Of a DNA stretch of 64,000 nt, positions 10,064 through 19,898 are shown piece after piece. The notes beneath the pieces were generated by a model, which searched no databases, had not been told where the DNA came from, and worked only from the letters and a program-made list of their open reading frames with translations. This stretch comes from Spirochaetia bacterium. GTDB lineage: Bacteria > Spirochaetota > Spirochaetia > CADAEX01. Positions within the stretch are counted from its first letter, which is position 1, and the number at the start of each line of letters is the position of its first letter. Location: contig JAGCPA010000089.1 of assembly GCA_017642445.1 (NCBI GenBank), forward strand, positions 368-64,367, in the 5' to 3' direction. The position numbers and the translations under genes are program-made.

Positions 10064-11668
10064 TTATAGTTTTATCTCATACCCAAGTTCCTTAAATACA
10101 GCAAGAAGCTCTTTTTTATTCTCCTCTTCTGCCTTAAACAATTCTGTCAATTCTGATTGCAGTTGTTTCATACTTGTTTCAAAATTTTCAGTCTCATCCC
10201 TGTTTACAAATTCTATATATCTGCTTGGAACAAGGTTATATCCTTTCTCTGCAATCTCCTTCTTTGTCGCGCTGTAACAGAATTCAGGAATATCGTTATA
10301 ATCCTTGTAGGTATCGGTCTGTTGCCAAGAGTGGAATGTACCAGTCACTTTATCCCGGTCGGTCTGTGTAAGCTCGATATATTTTTTTTCAAATGGTGAA
10401 CCCATCTGGCGTAAATCCATGAACAGGACTTCTTCTTCCCTGTTTCTATAGTTCTTGACAATACCGTTATGATCAACAATGCGGGCTTTTTTGTTCTTGT
10501 TTATTATCCAGAGAGTTACACTAATATTTGTAGTATAAAAAAGGTTCCTTGGCAGAATGACTATTGCTTCCACAAGATTGTTCTCTATAAGCTGCTTACG
10601 TATTTCAAGTTCCTGCCCTTCACCGCTCAATGCTCCGTTTGCCAGCAGAAATCCGGCAACTCCATTTGTACTGAGCTTGCTTACCATGTGCAGAATCCAC
10701 CCATAATTTGCATTGCTTGTAGGTGGCACCACATAACCTCTCCAGCGGGCATCATCTACAAGCTCATTCTCTGCACGCCAGTCCTTCTGGTTGAATGGGG
10801 GATTTGCCATGATATAGTCGGCCCTAAGGTCGGGATGCAAGTCATTTGTGAAAGAATTTGCAGCTTTTTCTCCCAGATCGCAGGGAATACCGCGGATAGC
10901 CAAGTTCATCTTGGCCATCTTATAAGTAGTAGTTATTCCTTCCTGCCCATAGACAGAAATATCTTTGGCACTTCCGGCATGGCTTTCCACAAACTTTAAG
11001 GACTGAACAAACATACCGCCGGAACCGCAGCATGGGTCATAAATCTTACCTTTATATGGCTCGATCATTTCGGCAATAAGGTTTACCACCGATTTAGGCG
11101 TGTAGAATTCTCCTTTGCCTTTTCCCTCCTGGATAGCAAACTTTGTAAGGAAGTATTCGTATACCCGGCCCATGATATCGTTTTCTTTGTCCGCATCGGT
11201 CTGGATATTGTTTATTTCATCCAGAAGCGAAGCCAGCTTGGAGACATCAAGGCTCAACCTGGAATAGTAGTTGTCTGGCAAAGCTCCCCGAAGGCTGGGG
11301 TTCTGTTTTTCTATTGTGCTTAGGGCAGTATCAATCTTGATAGCAATATCGTTCTGCTTTGCATTCTGCATTATATACGACCAGCGGCTTACCTCTGGCA
11401 GGAAGAATACATTCTTCATGGTGTAGAATGACTGGACATCCACATATTTTTCCTTGCCGTCTGCAATAAGCTCCTTGCGCCTGGTCTCGAACTTGTCGTT
11501 TACAAACTTAAGGAATATAAGGCTTAAAACTACATGCTTATACTCTGCAGGCTCAACTGTACCCCGCAACTTGTCACAGGCACCCCAAAGGGCATCTTCA
11601 AAGCTGATTTGTTTTTTTACTTTTGCCATAAGATATTCTACCATATTTTTCTTTATTCTCAGTAACAA
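10064..11668 (-). CDS. hsdM: Type I restriction-modification N6-adenine DNA methyltransferase (HsdM).
   Basis: NPPF motif (IMANPPFNQKDW), a SAM-binding region, and a HsdM N-terminal domain. The true start may be the internal MAKVKK at 11629. Confidence 0.9.
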   Translation of the reverse strand: MLLRIKKNMVEYLMAKVKKQISFEDALWGACDKLRGTVEPAEYKHVVLSLIFLKFVNDKFETRRKELIADGKEKYVDVQSFYTMKNVFFLPEVSRWSYIMQNAKQNDIAIKIDTALSTIEKQNPSLRGALPDNYYSRLSLDVSKLASLLDEINNIQTDADKENDIMGRVYEYFLTKFAIQEGKGKGEFYTPKSVVNLIAEMIEPYKGKIYDPCCGSGGMFVQSLKFVESHAGSAKDISVYGQEGITTTYKMAKMNLAIRGIPCDLGEKAANSFTNDLHPDLRADYIMANPPFNQKDWRAENELVDDARWRGYVVPPTSNANYGWILHMVSKLSTNGVAGFLLANGALSGEGQELEIRKQLIENNLVEAIVILPRNLFYTTNISVTLWIINKNKKARIVDHNGIVKNYRNREEEVLFMDLRQMGSPFEKKYIELTQTDRDKVTGTFHSWQQTDTYKDYNDIPEFCYSATKKEIAEKGYNLVPSRYIEFVNRDETENFETSMKQLQSELTELFKAEEENKKELLAVFKELGYEIKL

Positions 11669-13025
11669 AACTGTTCAAATCTGAAAAATCAATATTGTAA
11701 ATTAAATTTTTGTCCAGTTCTTTTTTCTTGAGGAACATGACCATATAAATCGGCAGATAGGTCACACTCCCCTTTTTCTCGATATTTCCGTTGCAGAACA
11801 CATATCCGGCTTTCAGTCCATATTCCTTATTGCCAATCAGGTTGTTCATAGCTTTATGCCGATAATAATCCTTCCCAGATTTGACCTCGATAGGGATAAC
11901 CTTATCATCACACTCAACAAGAAAATCCAGCTCGCCGAACTTCTTGCTGTTGTAGTAGTACAGTGCAAAACCATGGGCAGACAGCTCCTGGGCCACCATA
12001 TTCTCATAGATGGCACCGAAGTTTATATCAATCTTCTGCTCAAGTATTTTTACCTGTATACCATCTGCATACTGGGAAGCTAAAAGTCCCACATCGCCCA
12101 TAAAAAGCTTGAACAGATTAGTTGCCTTGGAGATAACCAGCGGAATCTGCGGTTCTTCTGCCACATAAACAGGCAGAGCCACACCGGCATTCTTGAGCCA
12201 TAGGAAACTGTTATTGAACTTCTTTATCTTTGCGTTCTCGTTCAGTTTCTTAAGGATAAACCGCTTGTTCTTAGAATTCAGCTCACTTGGGATAAGGTCA
12301 AAAATCTCGTTAAGGTACAGTTTTTCCTCTTTATCGTATTTAGAGATATCTTTTTTATACAGCTCTATGATATTTTTCTGGACATCCAGCACTGAATAGA
12401 GATTATTGCTGTTTACAAATGTCTCTACAGAGGCAGGCATTCCCCCTATTATCAGATACAGCCGGACAAGCTCAAGCATTCTGTTATGGATAAAACTGTC
12501 TACCGGGGTCTTGGTGTCAAAAGAGTACTTCAAGGCATCTATAACCTTGTCGTCCACCCCATTGGCCCAGGCAAACTCCTCAAAATCCAGAGGGAACATC
12601 TGCAGAATCCCCATGTACCCGACCGGTACAGAAAGGAGATCGTTGAAAATAACACCAAGCAGAGAACCGCTTAAGATATAGGTATACCGGCCATCCTGTA
12701 CCAGATACTTGATCTGGGTGACAATCTCCTTGCATTCCTGGACTTCATCAAAGAAAATCAGAGTTTTTCCGGGAACCATATCTTTTCCGAATACAGAGGA
12801 TATTCTTAACAATAATTCATCTGCGCCCAGAGCTCCATCGAACAACTTCTTATACTCAGGATTTTTTATGAAGTCAATTTTTATGAAGGATTTGAACCGC
12901 TTTTTGGCATACTGTTCTATGATGTAAGATTTGCCCACCTGCCTGGCGCCTGTTATAAGGAGGGCTCTGTTGGGGTTATCCCTGTAGAAATCATAGATTT
13001 TATCAAGTATCTTACGTCTTAACAT
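11598..13025 (-). CDS. AAA-family ATPase with a DUF4143 C-terminal domain.
   Basis: Walker A LITGARQVGKSY and Walker B LIFFDEVQ. The overall architecture matches the DUF4143 ATPase family. Its 3' end overlaps the hsdM start by about 30-70 nt. Confidence 0.75.
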   Translation of the reverse strand: MLRRKILDKIYDFYRDNPNRALLITGARQVGKSYIIEQYAKKRFKSFIKIDFIKNPEYKKLFDGALGADELLLRISSVFGKDMVPGKTLIFFDEVQECKEIVTQIKYLVQDGRYTYILSGSLLGVIFNDLLSVPVGYMGILQMFPLDFEEFAWANGVDDKVIDALKYSFDTKTPVDSFIHNRMLELVRLYLIIGGMPASVETFVNSNNLYSVLDVQKNIIELYKKDISKYDKEEKLYLNEIFDLIPSELNSKNKRFILKKLNENAKIKKFNNSFLWLKNAGVALPVYVAEEPQIPLVISKATNLFKLFMGDVGLLASQYADGIQVKILEQKIDINFGAIYENMVAQELSAHGFALYYYNSKKFGELDFLVECDDKVIPIEVKSGKDYYRHKAMNNLIGNKEYGLKAGYVFCNGNIEKKGSVTYLPIYMVMFLKKKELDKNLIYNIDFSDLNSFVTENKEKYGRISYGKSKKTNQL

Positions 13026-13037
13026 ATGGTAATTTTA

Positions 13038-13146
13038 CCACTTTTCCATGGATTTTGCAAACAAAATTTCCTTTTTTCCATGGATTTTTTGTCAATTTTT
13101 TCCACTTTTCCATGACTTTTAAGGTAAAAATGTCCACTTTTCCATA
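13038..13146. repeat. Four direct copies of CCACTTTTCCATG (one copy is cCttTTTTCCATG) at an exact 32 bp period.
   Basis: Copies start at 13038, 13070, 13102 and 13134. They sit between the ATPase start and the tRNA-Pro terminator. Confidence 0.7.
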
Positions 13147-13149
13147 AAA

Positions 13150-13186
13150 AAAAGCACCGCAGTTTCCTGTGGTGCTATATACTCAG
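13150..13186 (-). terminator. Rho-independent terminator after tRNA-Pro.
   Basis: On the minus strand the hairpin GCACCACAG-gaaa-CTGCGGTGC is followed by TTTTTTTT. Confidence 0.6.
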
Positions 13187-13259
13187 TCGGGCAAGGCGGA
13201 TTCGAACCGCCGACCTCAACGTCCCGAACGTTGCGCGCTACCAACTGCGCTATTGCCCG
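13187..13259 (-). tRNA. tRNA-Pro (anticodon CGG).
   Basis: Minus-strand sequence CGGGCAATAGCGCAGTTGGTAGCGCGCAACGTTCGGGACGTTGAGGTCGGCGGTTCGAATCCGCCTTGCCCGA folds as a cloverleaf. The acceptor stem is 7 bp, a TTCGAAT T-loop is present, and the anticodon loop TTCGGGA gives CGG. CCA is not encoded. Confidence 0.8.
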
Positions 13260-13265
13260 TGTTTA

Positions 13266-16200
13266 TCACTTCACCTGAGCATGGTACTCCTGAAGGCTCT
13301 TCACGCCACCTTCGCCGCCGATTCCATTCTTCACCGACTCAATGCCTTTGACTGCAGCCAGCGCTCCGGCCAGTGTGGTGATGTATGGCACCTTGTATTT
13401 AAGGCAGGCTTTGCGGATAGTCTTCCGATCCTCGGCATAGTTCCGTTTTGCCCTAGGTGTATTGATAGCTAAGCATACTTCATTGTTCAGGATAAGGTCA
13501 ACCACATCTGGACGCCCCTCGCCTATCTTGTTCACTTTCTCGCACTTTACACCGTGATCGTTGTAGAAGTTTGCTGTACCCTCGGTGGCCAGAATTGTGA
13601 AGCCCAGCTTCTTGAATGTCTTTCCGATTGTGAGCACCTGCTCTTCCTGTGTATGGGTGTCGCTGAGTGAGATGAGCACCTTCTTGTTCTCCCATGCTGT
13701 AGGGGCATGTGGGAGTCCGCAGCCGGCCGCCTCCTGTGATTTATAGAAGGCAAGCGGATAGTTGTCGGCTAGGCCCAGAACCTCGCCTGTTGAACGCATC
13801 TCAGGTCCAAGGATCGGGTCTACGCCAGGGAACCGTGAGAATGGGAATACTGCTTCCTTAGCACCAAAATGAGGAATAACCTTTTCCTTAAGGCCCAGGC
13901 TCTGGAGGCTCTCGCCCAGCATAAGCCGTGTGGCAAGCCGTGCCATCTGGGTGTTACATACCTTGGATACCAGCGGCACTGTACGGGAAGCCCGTGGGTT
14001 TGCCTCGATCACATATACCTTGCCATCCTCGATGGCGTACTGCATATTCATAAGTCCGCACACATGGAGCGACTCTGCAATCTTCTTGGTGTACTGCTTG
14101 ATTGTGTCCAGGTGCTCCTGATCGATTGATACAGGGGGGATAACACATGCGCTGTCGCCAGAATGGATTCCGGCCAGCTCCACATGCTCCATAACTGCAG
14201 GGATATAGACATGCTCGCCGTCTGCAAGGGCATCGGCCTCACACTCAAGGGCATTCTTGAGGAACCGGTCTATAAGGAGCGGCCGGTCCGGTGTGACACC
14301 TACTGCCTTCTCCACATACTCCTTGAGTGTGGCCTCGTCGTAGATCACCTCCATACCGCGGCCTCCCAGCACAAAGGAAGGTCTGATCATAATCGGATAG
14401 CCAATCTTCTCGGCAATAGCCTTGGCCTCGTCAAAGTCCACAGCCATGCCGCTCTCTGGCATTGGAATCTGCAGGTTGTCCATCATCTTCCGGAACAGGT
14501 CACGGTCCTCGGCAATATCGATGGAGTCGATGGATGTTCCAAGGATGTTCACACCGCTCTCCTGAAGCTCACGTGCAATATTGAGAGGTGTCTGGCCGCC
14601 GAACTGAACGATGATTCCGTAGGGTTTCTCCTTCTCGTAGATCTGGAGGACATCCTCGGCAGTCACTGGCTCGAAGTAGAGCTTGTCCGATGTGTCGTAG
14701 TCGGTGGATACAGTCTCCGGGTTGCAGTTTACTATGATGGTCTCGTAACCCAGCTCCTTAAGCTGCATTGCGGCGTGGCAGCAGCAGTAGTCGAACTCGA
14801 TTCCCTGTCCGATTCTGTTGGGTCCACCGCCCAGGATCATGATCTTCTTCTTATTGTCTGTCGCCTTGGATGCATCAGGCACATTGTAGGAGGAATAGTA
14901 GTAGCTTGCGTTCTTGACACCGCTTACCGGCACTGCAAACCATCCCTCCCTGATTCCCAGCTCATTCCGCTTCTTGCGGATATCTTTCTCGCTCACCTTG
15001 AGGATCTTTGCAAGATATTTGTCGGAGAAGCCGTCCTTCTTCGCCTTGATAAGCATATCGTCGGAAGGGACACGACCCGGGTTCTTGAGGAGCTCTTCCT
15101 CGAAGTCGACCAGCTCTTTCATCTGCTGGAGGAAGTATTCTTTGACAAATGTGATCTCGTGAAGCTTCTGGACAGAGACACCCTTGCGGATAGCCTCGTA
15201 AAGAAGGAAGTAGCGCTCGCTGGATGCAACCTTGAGCATGTCGCAGAGCTCTTCGGCGCTCTTTTTGTTGAAGTCCTTGGCAAAGCCGAGTCCGGCACGA
15301 CCGTTCTCAAGACCGCGGATAGCCTTCTGGAAGGTCTCCTTGAATGTCTTGCCGATAGCCATAACCTCGCCCACCGCCTTCATCGATGTACCCAGGCTGT
15401 CTTCTACGCCGCGGAATTTCTCGAATGCCCACCGTGCGAATTTAAGCACCACATAGTCGCCATCTGGGGCTCCGCCTGGTGTGTATTTGTCCAGGGTGCC
15501 GTCCCTCCAGTATGGGATCTCGTCCAGTGTAAGACCCGATGCCAGCTTTGCAGAGATGAGTGCGATCGGGAAACCTGTGGCCTTGGAAGCAAGGGCAGAT
15601 GAGCGGGATGTACGCGGGTTGATCTCGATGATGACCACACGGCCTGTCTTGGGGTTGTGGGCGAACTGCACGTTGGTGCCGCCGATAACTCCGATGCGCT
15701 CTACAATCCTGAAAGCCATATCCTGAAGCTTTTTCTCAAGCTCTTTATCTATAGTAAGGAAAGGTGCGGAACAGAAGGAGTCGCCGGTGTGGACACCCAC
15801 TGCATCGATATTCTCGATAAAGCAGATTGCGACCATCTGGTTCTTTGAGTCCCGTACAACCTCAACCTCCAGCTCTTCCCAGCCTAGGATAGACTCCTCG
15901 ATAAGGCATTGGTGTGTAAGGGAAAGCTCAAGGCCGTTCCGTGTTATGGTGCGGAGCTCCTCAACGTTGTAGCAGAAGCCGCCTCCCTGGCCGCCCATGG
16001 TATATGCAGGGCGCACTACTACCGGGAAGCCTATGTCGGCGGCAATAGCCTCGGCCTCAGCCACTGTGTGGCAGATTCCGGAACGTGGGGTCTCGATTCC
16101 AAGCCCTTTCATGGTCTCCTTGAAGATCTCCCGGTCCTCGCCACGCTCAATGGCATCCAGGTTTACACCGATAACTTTGACGCCGTATTTGTCCAGAACG

Positions 16201-16514
16201 CCTGCCTTGTTCAGCTCGCAGGCCAGGTTGAGTCCGGTCTGGCCGCCCAAGTTAGGCAGCAGTGCGTCGGGCCGCTCCTTGTCTATGATCTGGGCAAGCC
16301 GTTCTACATTCAGCGGCTCGATATACGTTGCATCTGCCATCACCGGGTCAGTCATAATGGTTGCTGGGTTTGAGTTCACCAGGACTATCTTGTAGCCCTG
16401 CTCTCTCAAGGCTTTGCAGGCCTGTGTTCCAGAATAGTCGAACTCGCATGCCTGGCCGATCACAATAGGGCCAGATCCGATAATAAGCACTTTCTCGATA
16501 TCGTTCCGCTTCAT
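13266..16514 (-). CDS. carB: Carbamoyl-phosphate synthase large subunit.
   Basis: 1082 aa with the canonical N-terminus MKRNDIEKVLIIGSGPIVIGQACEFDYSGTQACKALREQGY and duplicated ATP-grasp halves. The antisense ORFs inside it are artefacts. Confidence 0.95.
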   Translation of the reverse strand: MKRNDIEKVLIIGSGPIVIGQACEFDYSGTQACKALREQGYKIVLVNSNPATIMTDPVMADATYIEPLNVERLAQIIDKERPDALLPNLGGQTGLNLACELNKAGVLDKYGVKVIGVNLDAIERGEDREIFKETMKGLGIETPRSGICHTVAEAEAIAADIGFPVVVRPAYTMGGQGGGFCYNVEELRTITRNGLELSLTHQCLIEESILGWEELEVEVVRDSKNQMVAICFIENIDAVGVHTGDSFCSAPFLTIDKELEKKLQDMAFRIVERIGVIGGTNVQFAHNPKTGRVVIIEINPRTSRSSALASKATGFPIALISAKLASGLTLDEIPYWRDGTLDKYTPGGAPDGDYVVLKFARWAFEKFRGVEDSLGTSMKAVGEVMAIGKTFKETFQKAIRGLENGRAGLGFAKDFNKKSAEELCDMLKVASSERYFLLYEAIRKGVSVQKLHEITFVKEYFLQQMKELVDFEEELLKNPGRVPSDDMLIKAKKDGFSDKYLAKILKVSEKDIRKKRNELGIREGWFAVPVSGVKNASYYYSSYNVPDASKATDNKKKIMILGGGPNRIGQGIEFDYCCCHAAMQLKELGYETIIVNCNPETVSTDYDTSDKLYFEPVTAEDVLQIYEKEKPYGIIVQFGGQTPLNIARELQESGVNILGTSIDSIDIAEDRDLFRKMMDNLQIPMPESGMAVDFDEAKAIAEKIGYPIMIRPSFVLGGRGMEVIYDEATLKEYVEKAVGVTPDRPLLIDRFLKNALECEADALADGEHVYIPAVMEHVELAGIHSGDSACVIPPVSIDQEHLDTIKQYTKKIAESLHVCGLMNMQYAIEDGKVYVIEANPRASRTVPLVSKVCNTQMARLATRLMLGESLQSLGLKEKVIPHFGAKEAVFPFSRFPGVDPILGPEMRSTGEVLGLADNYPLAFYKSQEAAGCGLPHAPTAWENKKVLISLSDTHTQEEQVLTIGKTFKKLGFTILATEGTANFYNDHGVKCEKVNKIGEGRPDVVDLILNNEVCLAINTPRAKRNYAEDRKTIRKACLKYKVPYITTLAGALAAVKGIESVKNGIGGEGGVKSLQEYHAQVK

Positions 16515-16546
16515 ATATTATTGCTCCTTTTTTCCAAATCAAACAT

Positions 16547-17719
16547 TTATCGCTCCAGCACCAGGCCGCACATCATAAAGATTGCGCTTTCCAAAGCCTC
16601 ATCCTTGAATATATAAGCCGGGTTATGCAGTGACGGGCTATCCTCTCCCATTCCTAAATGGAAGTAGAGGCTCCTTATTTTCCGTGTGATAAATCCGAAG
16701 TCGTCTCCGCACATAGAGCAGACTCCCTCTCCGTTCCATTTATCCTGCCCCAGATACTTGGCTGCCACTTCGGCAGCCCGCTGGTACAGGGCTTTATCGT
16801 TATCCACCGACACATAGTCGGGCTTTGGTGCCACTATATTGTATCTGGCACCTAATGAAAGAATCTGTCTGTCCAGAGATTCCCTCATTGCTTTCTTTAT
16901 CTTGCTGCCTGTCTCGTCGTTCAGGTAGCGGGTTGTCCCCTTGAGTACAACTTTCTCGGGGAACACATTGAATGTACTGCCGCCTATAGCTGAGCACACT
17001 GATATCACAGCCGGATTCTCCTGTGAATTCAGCTCTTTTGCGCACTGTTTCATATCCAGTATAAAGCGGGATGCTGCCTCAACCAGATCCACCGCCTTCT
17101 CGGGCATTGCACCATGGCCGCCTCCGCCGTTTATAGTTATCTCGAAGTCGTTGGTATTGGCCATGATAGGACCGATGCAGCACTCCACAGTGCCAAAGGG
17201 TATACCAGGCCAGCCATGGAAAGAATAAGCCTCATCCGGCCTTGGCTCCTGCTCAAGGTAACCGGACTCCACCAGGGATTTTGCCCCGGCGTCGCTCTCC
17301 TCGGCCGGCTGGAAAAGAAACTTTACTGTCCCTTTTATCTGCTCCTTCATCTGGGAAAGGACAGCAGCTGTACCCAGCACTGTCGCCATATGACCGTCGT
17401 GGCCGCAGGTGTGGGAAAAACCGGGATGCTCTGATGCATAAGGCAGACCTGTCCCTTCCACTATGGGAAGTGCATCAATATCAGAACGCACCAAAATTAC
17501 CGGTCCTGGCTTTTCCCCCACAAGCAGGGCTGTCACATCAGTTCCCAGGGTAGAAGGAAGAATCGGCAGCCCCAGCTGTTCCAGATATTCACGGATTTTG
17601 GCAGAGGTCTTGTACTCCTTGAATGCAATCTCCGGGATCTGATGCAGCTGATGCTTCAGTTCCCTGATATCCGGGAGAACAGCGCGGATCTTCTCTTTAA
17701 GTACACTCACCTCTGCCAT
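16547..17719 (-). CDS. M20D-family amidohydrolase (N-acyl-amino-acid or hippurate hydrolase-like).
   Basis: HTCGHDGHMA metal-binding motif, and the overall family pattern. Confidence 0.75.
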   Translation of the reverse strand: MAEVSVLKEKIRAVLPDIRELKHQLHQIPEIAFKEYKTSAKIREYLEQLGLPILPSTLGTDVTALLVGEKPGPVILVRSDIDALPIVEGTGLPYASEHPGFSHTCGHDGHMATVLGTAAVLSQMKEQIKGTVKFLFQPAEESDAGAKSLVESGYLEQEPRPDEAYSFHGWPGIPFGTVECCIGPIMANTNDFEITINGGGGHGAMPEKAVDLVEAASRFILDMKQCAKELNSQENPAVISVCSAIGGSTFNVFPEKVVLKGTTRYLNDETGSKIKKAMRESLDRQILSLGARYNIVAPKPDYVSVDNDKALYQRAAEVAAKYLGQDKWNGEGVCSMCGDDFGFITRKIRSLYFHLGMGEDSPSLHNPAYIFKDEALESAIFMMCGLVLER

Positions 17720-17726
17720 AAATCTG

Positions 17727-18293
17727 TTATTTTCCTAATCCTAAATCAAAAGCCTTAAGGTTCTTTGCAACTGTCTCTGCACCCTTGGCCGCAAACAGCT
17801 CGCTAATGGCAGCCTTAAGGGATTCTGCCTTTACAGGGAGCACCGATGCTGCGGCACCGATTACAACCATGTTGACAGCCCTTGCGTTTCCAGCCTCCTT
17901 GGCCAGAGCCACAGACTCGACCAGACGGGAGCCCTTGAATGTGTTCACCTTATCGTAAACTCCCTGAATCTCAGGGTAGTTAGGAATGTTGATGAAAGGC
18001 TCTTTGGCTGTGATGATGACACCATCCGGAGCCAGGAACTCGGAGTACCGGAGCACTTCCATAGGTTCCATTCCAAGGATCAGGTTTGCTGTTCCTTTGC
18101 GCACCAGGTCGCTTGAGATGTTGGAGTCGGAAAGCCTTAGGTGGGACATTACTGCACCGCCCCGCTGTGACATTCCGTGCACCTCTGACTGGCGCACCTG
18201 GAGGCCATCCTTCATGGCACCTTTAGCTATGATTGCAGCCAGGGAAAGAACTCCCTGTCCGCCTACACCTGCAAGAATAATATCGTATTTCAT
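17727..18293 (-). CDS. iorB: Indolepyruvate ferredoxin oxidoreductase beta subunit.
   Basis: 188 aa, MKYDIILAGVGGQGV N-terminus. It overlaps the upstream iorA-like gene by 4 nt. Confidence 0.75.
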   Translation of the reverse strand: MKYDIILAGVGGQGVLSLAAIIAKGAMKDGLQVRQSEVHGMSQRGGAVMSHLRLSDSNISSDLVRKGTANLILGMEPMEVLRYSEFLAPDGVIITAKEPFINIPNYPEIQGVYDKVNTFKGSRLVESVALAKEAGNARAVNMVVIGAAASVLPVKAESLKAAISELFAAKGAETVAKNLKAFDLGLGK

Positions 18294-19897
18294 TTCTTCA
18301 GAGCCTCCCTCTTGATGCGACGCTTAGCCTCTTCCAGACACTCCCGTACAGACAGGATCACAGAAAGTCCCTCGTACTCCATCTCCTTCTTGATGATGGC
18401 AGCATTCTCCTCCAGGTTCTTCTTGATTGGAACAATGGTCTTCACATGCTCAGGATCTGCGCCAAGTCCTACAACCAGGTTGTAGAGCTTGCTTGATGGG
18501 AGAATTGTTGTCTGGCCGCCTGTCATGGCAACTGTGGAGTTGTCCAGGATGATCAGGGTGATAGGTGCGTTTGCGGCAACTGCATTGACAAGCCCTGTAA
18601 GGCCTGAGTGATAGAATGTGCTGTCGCCGATGACTGCGACTGCAGGCTTGAGCCCAGCCTCAGCAGCACCCTGTGCTGTTCCGATGGAAGCGCCCATGCA
18701 GATTATTGTCTCTATTGCATTGTATGGAGGAAGAGCACCCAGCGAGTAGCAGCCGATGTCGGATGCCACAATGTGCTGCGGATAATCCTTTACAGCCAGG
18801 TTAAGAGCCTCGTAGGTGTCCACATGCGGGCATCCCTGGCACAGCTGCGGTGGCCGTCCCGGAAGTCCCTCCACCTTCTTGGTGGCAATCTTCTCAAGGC
18901 CCAGCGCAGGGCGTACAACATCTGGATCGAGCTCGCCAGTCATAGGCACCTTGCTGTCCAGCTTGCCTTCGATGGCGATGTTCTGTGGCAGGATGCCCCG
19001 GAGCTTGGTCTCCAGGAACGGATACCCTTCCTCGATGACCAGGATCTTGTCTACGCTTTCTGCCAGCTTGCGGATCTTCTCCACCGGTGCCGGATAGAAG
19101 CCGATATGCAGGTGGGATGGCTTTACACCCATGTCTGCAAGGTTCTCCTCAAAATAGTTCTTGCCCAGACCTGTGGTGATGATTCCCACTTTCTTGTAGT
19201 CCGGGTTAATGGTCAGCTTATTGAAAGGTGTTGACTCTGAATAAGCGTTGAACTCCTTGTTTGTCTCAAGCAGATCGGTCCACAGCTTCTGTGCGATTGC
19301 AGGGAGCAGTCTCCAGCCCCTTGTCTCCTCGGTCTTCTTGACCGGGTTCTGCGGCCGGATCTTATCCCACGGGGTAATCACTGCCCTTGAGTGCGCCAGA
19401 CGGGTCACCATCCTGATAAGGACCGGAACCTTCCATTTCTCTGAAAGGTCAAATGCCTCCCGTGTCATCTCGTAGGCTTCCTGCTGGTTGGTAGGCTCAA
19501 AGCACGGCACCTTGGCAAAGTCTGCGAAGAAGCGGGAATCCTGCTCTCCCTGAGAGGAGTGCATGCCCGGGTCATCTGCAACCACGATTACCAGACCACC
19601 GTTGATTTTCAAAAGTGCAGAGTTCATGAATGGGTCGGCTGCCACATTGAGTCCCACATGCTTCATGGTCACAATGGCACGCTTTCCGGCAAAGGATGTT
19701 CCCAGCGCCTCCTCGTAAGCAGTCTTCTCGTTGCTGCTCCAGGTGGCCCGGATAGATCCGGTCTTCTCTGCCTCGTTTATAAGATATTCAAGGATTTCGG
19801 ACGAAGGTGTGCCAGGGTATCCATAGGCGCCGGAAAGCCCGGCATGGAGCGCTCCAAGGGCTACAGCCTCATCTCCCAACAAAACAAGTTCAGACAT
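18290..19897 (-). CDS. iorA: Indolepyruvate ferredoxin oxidoreductase alpha subunit (TPP-dependent).
   Basis: N-terminus LLGDEAVALGALHAGLSGAYGYPGTPSSEI with 2-oxoacid:ferredoxin oxidoreductase architecture. Confidence 0.8.
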   Translation of the reverse strand: MSELVLLGDEAVALGALHAGLSGAYGYPGTPSSEILEYLINEAEKTGSIRATWSSNEKTAYEEALGTSFAGKRAIVTMKHVGLNVAADPFMNSALLKINGGLVIVVADDPGMHSSQGEQDSRFFADFAKVPCFEPTNQQEAYEMTREAFDLSEKWKVPVLIRMVTRLAHSRAVITPWDKIRPQNPVKKTEETRGWRLLPAIAQKLWTDLLETNKEFNAYSESTPFNKLTINPDYKKVGIITTGLGKNYFEENLADMGVKPSHLHIGFYPAPVEKIRKLAESVDKILVIEEGYPFLETKLRGILPQNIAIEGKLDSKVPMTGELDPDVVRPALGLEKIATKKVEGLPGRPPQLCQGCPHVDTYEALNLAVKDYPQHIVASDIGCYSLGALPPYNAIETIICMGASIGTAQGAAEAGLKPAVAVIGDSTFYHSGLTGLVNAVAANAPITLIILDNSTVAMTGGQTTILPSSKLYNLVVGLGADPEHVKTIVPIKKNLEENAAIIKKEMEYEGLSVILSVRECLEEAKRRIKREALKK

Positions 19898-19898
19898 T

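Noticed and set aside
14163-15602. A 479 aa ORF on the plus strand, plus many 60-150 aa ORFs, inside carB.
   Set aside because: They are antisense to a highly conserved, GC-rich gene. Their low-complexity, Arg/Ser/Leu-rich translations are typical of open antisense frames in high-GC sequence.
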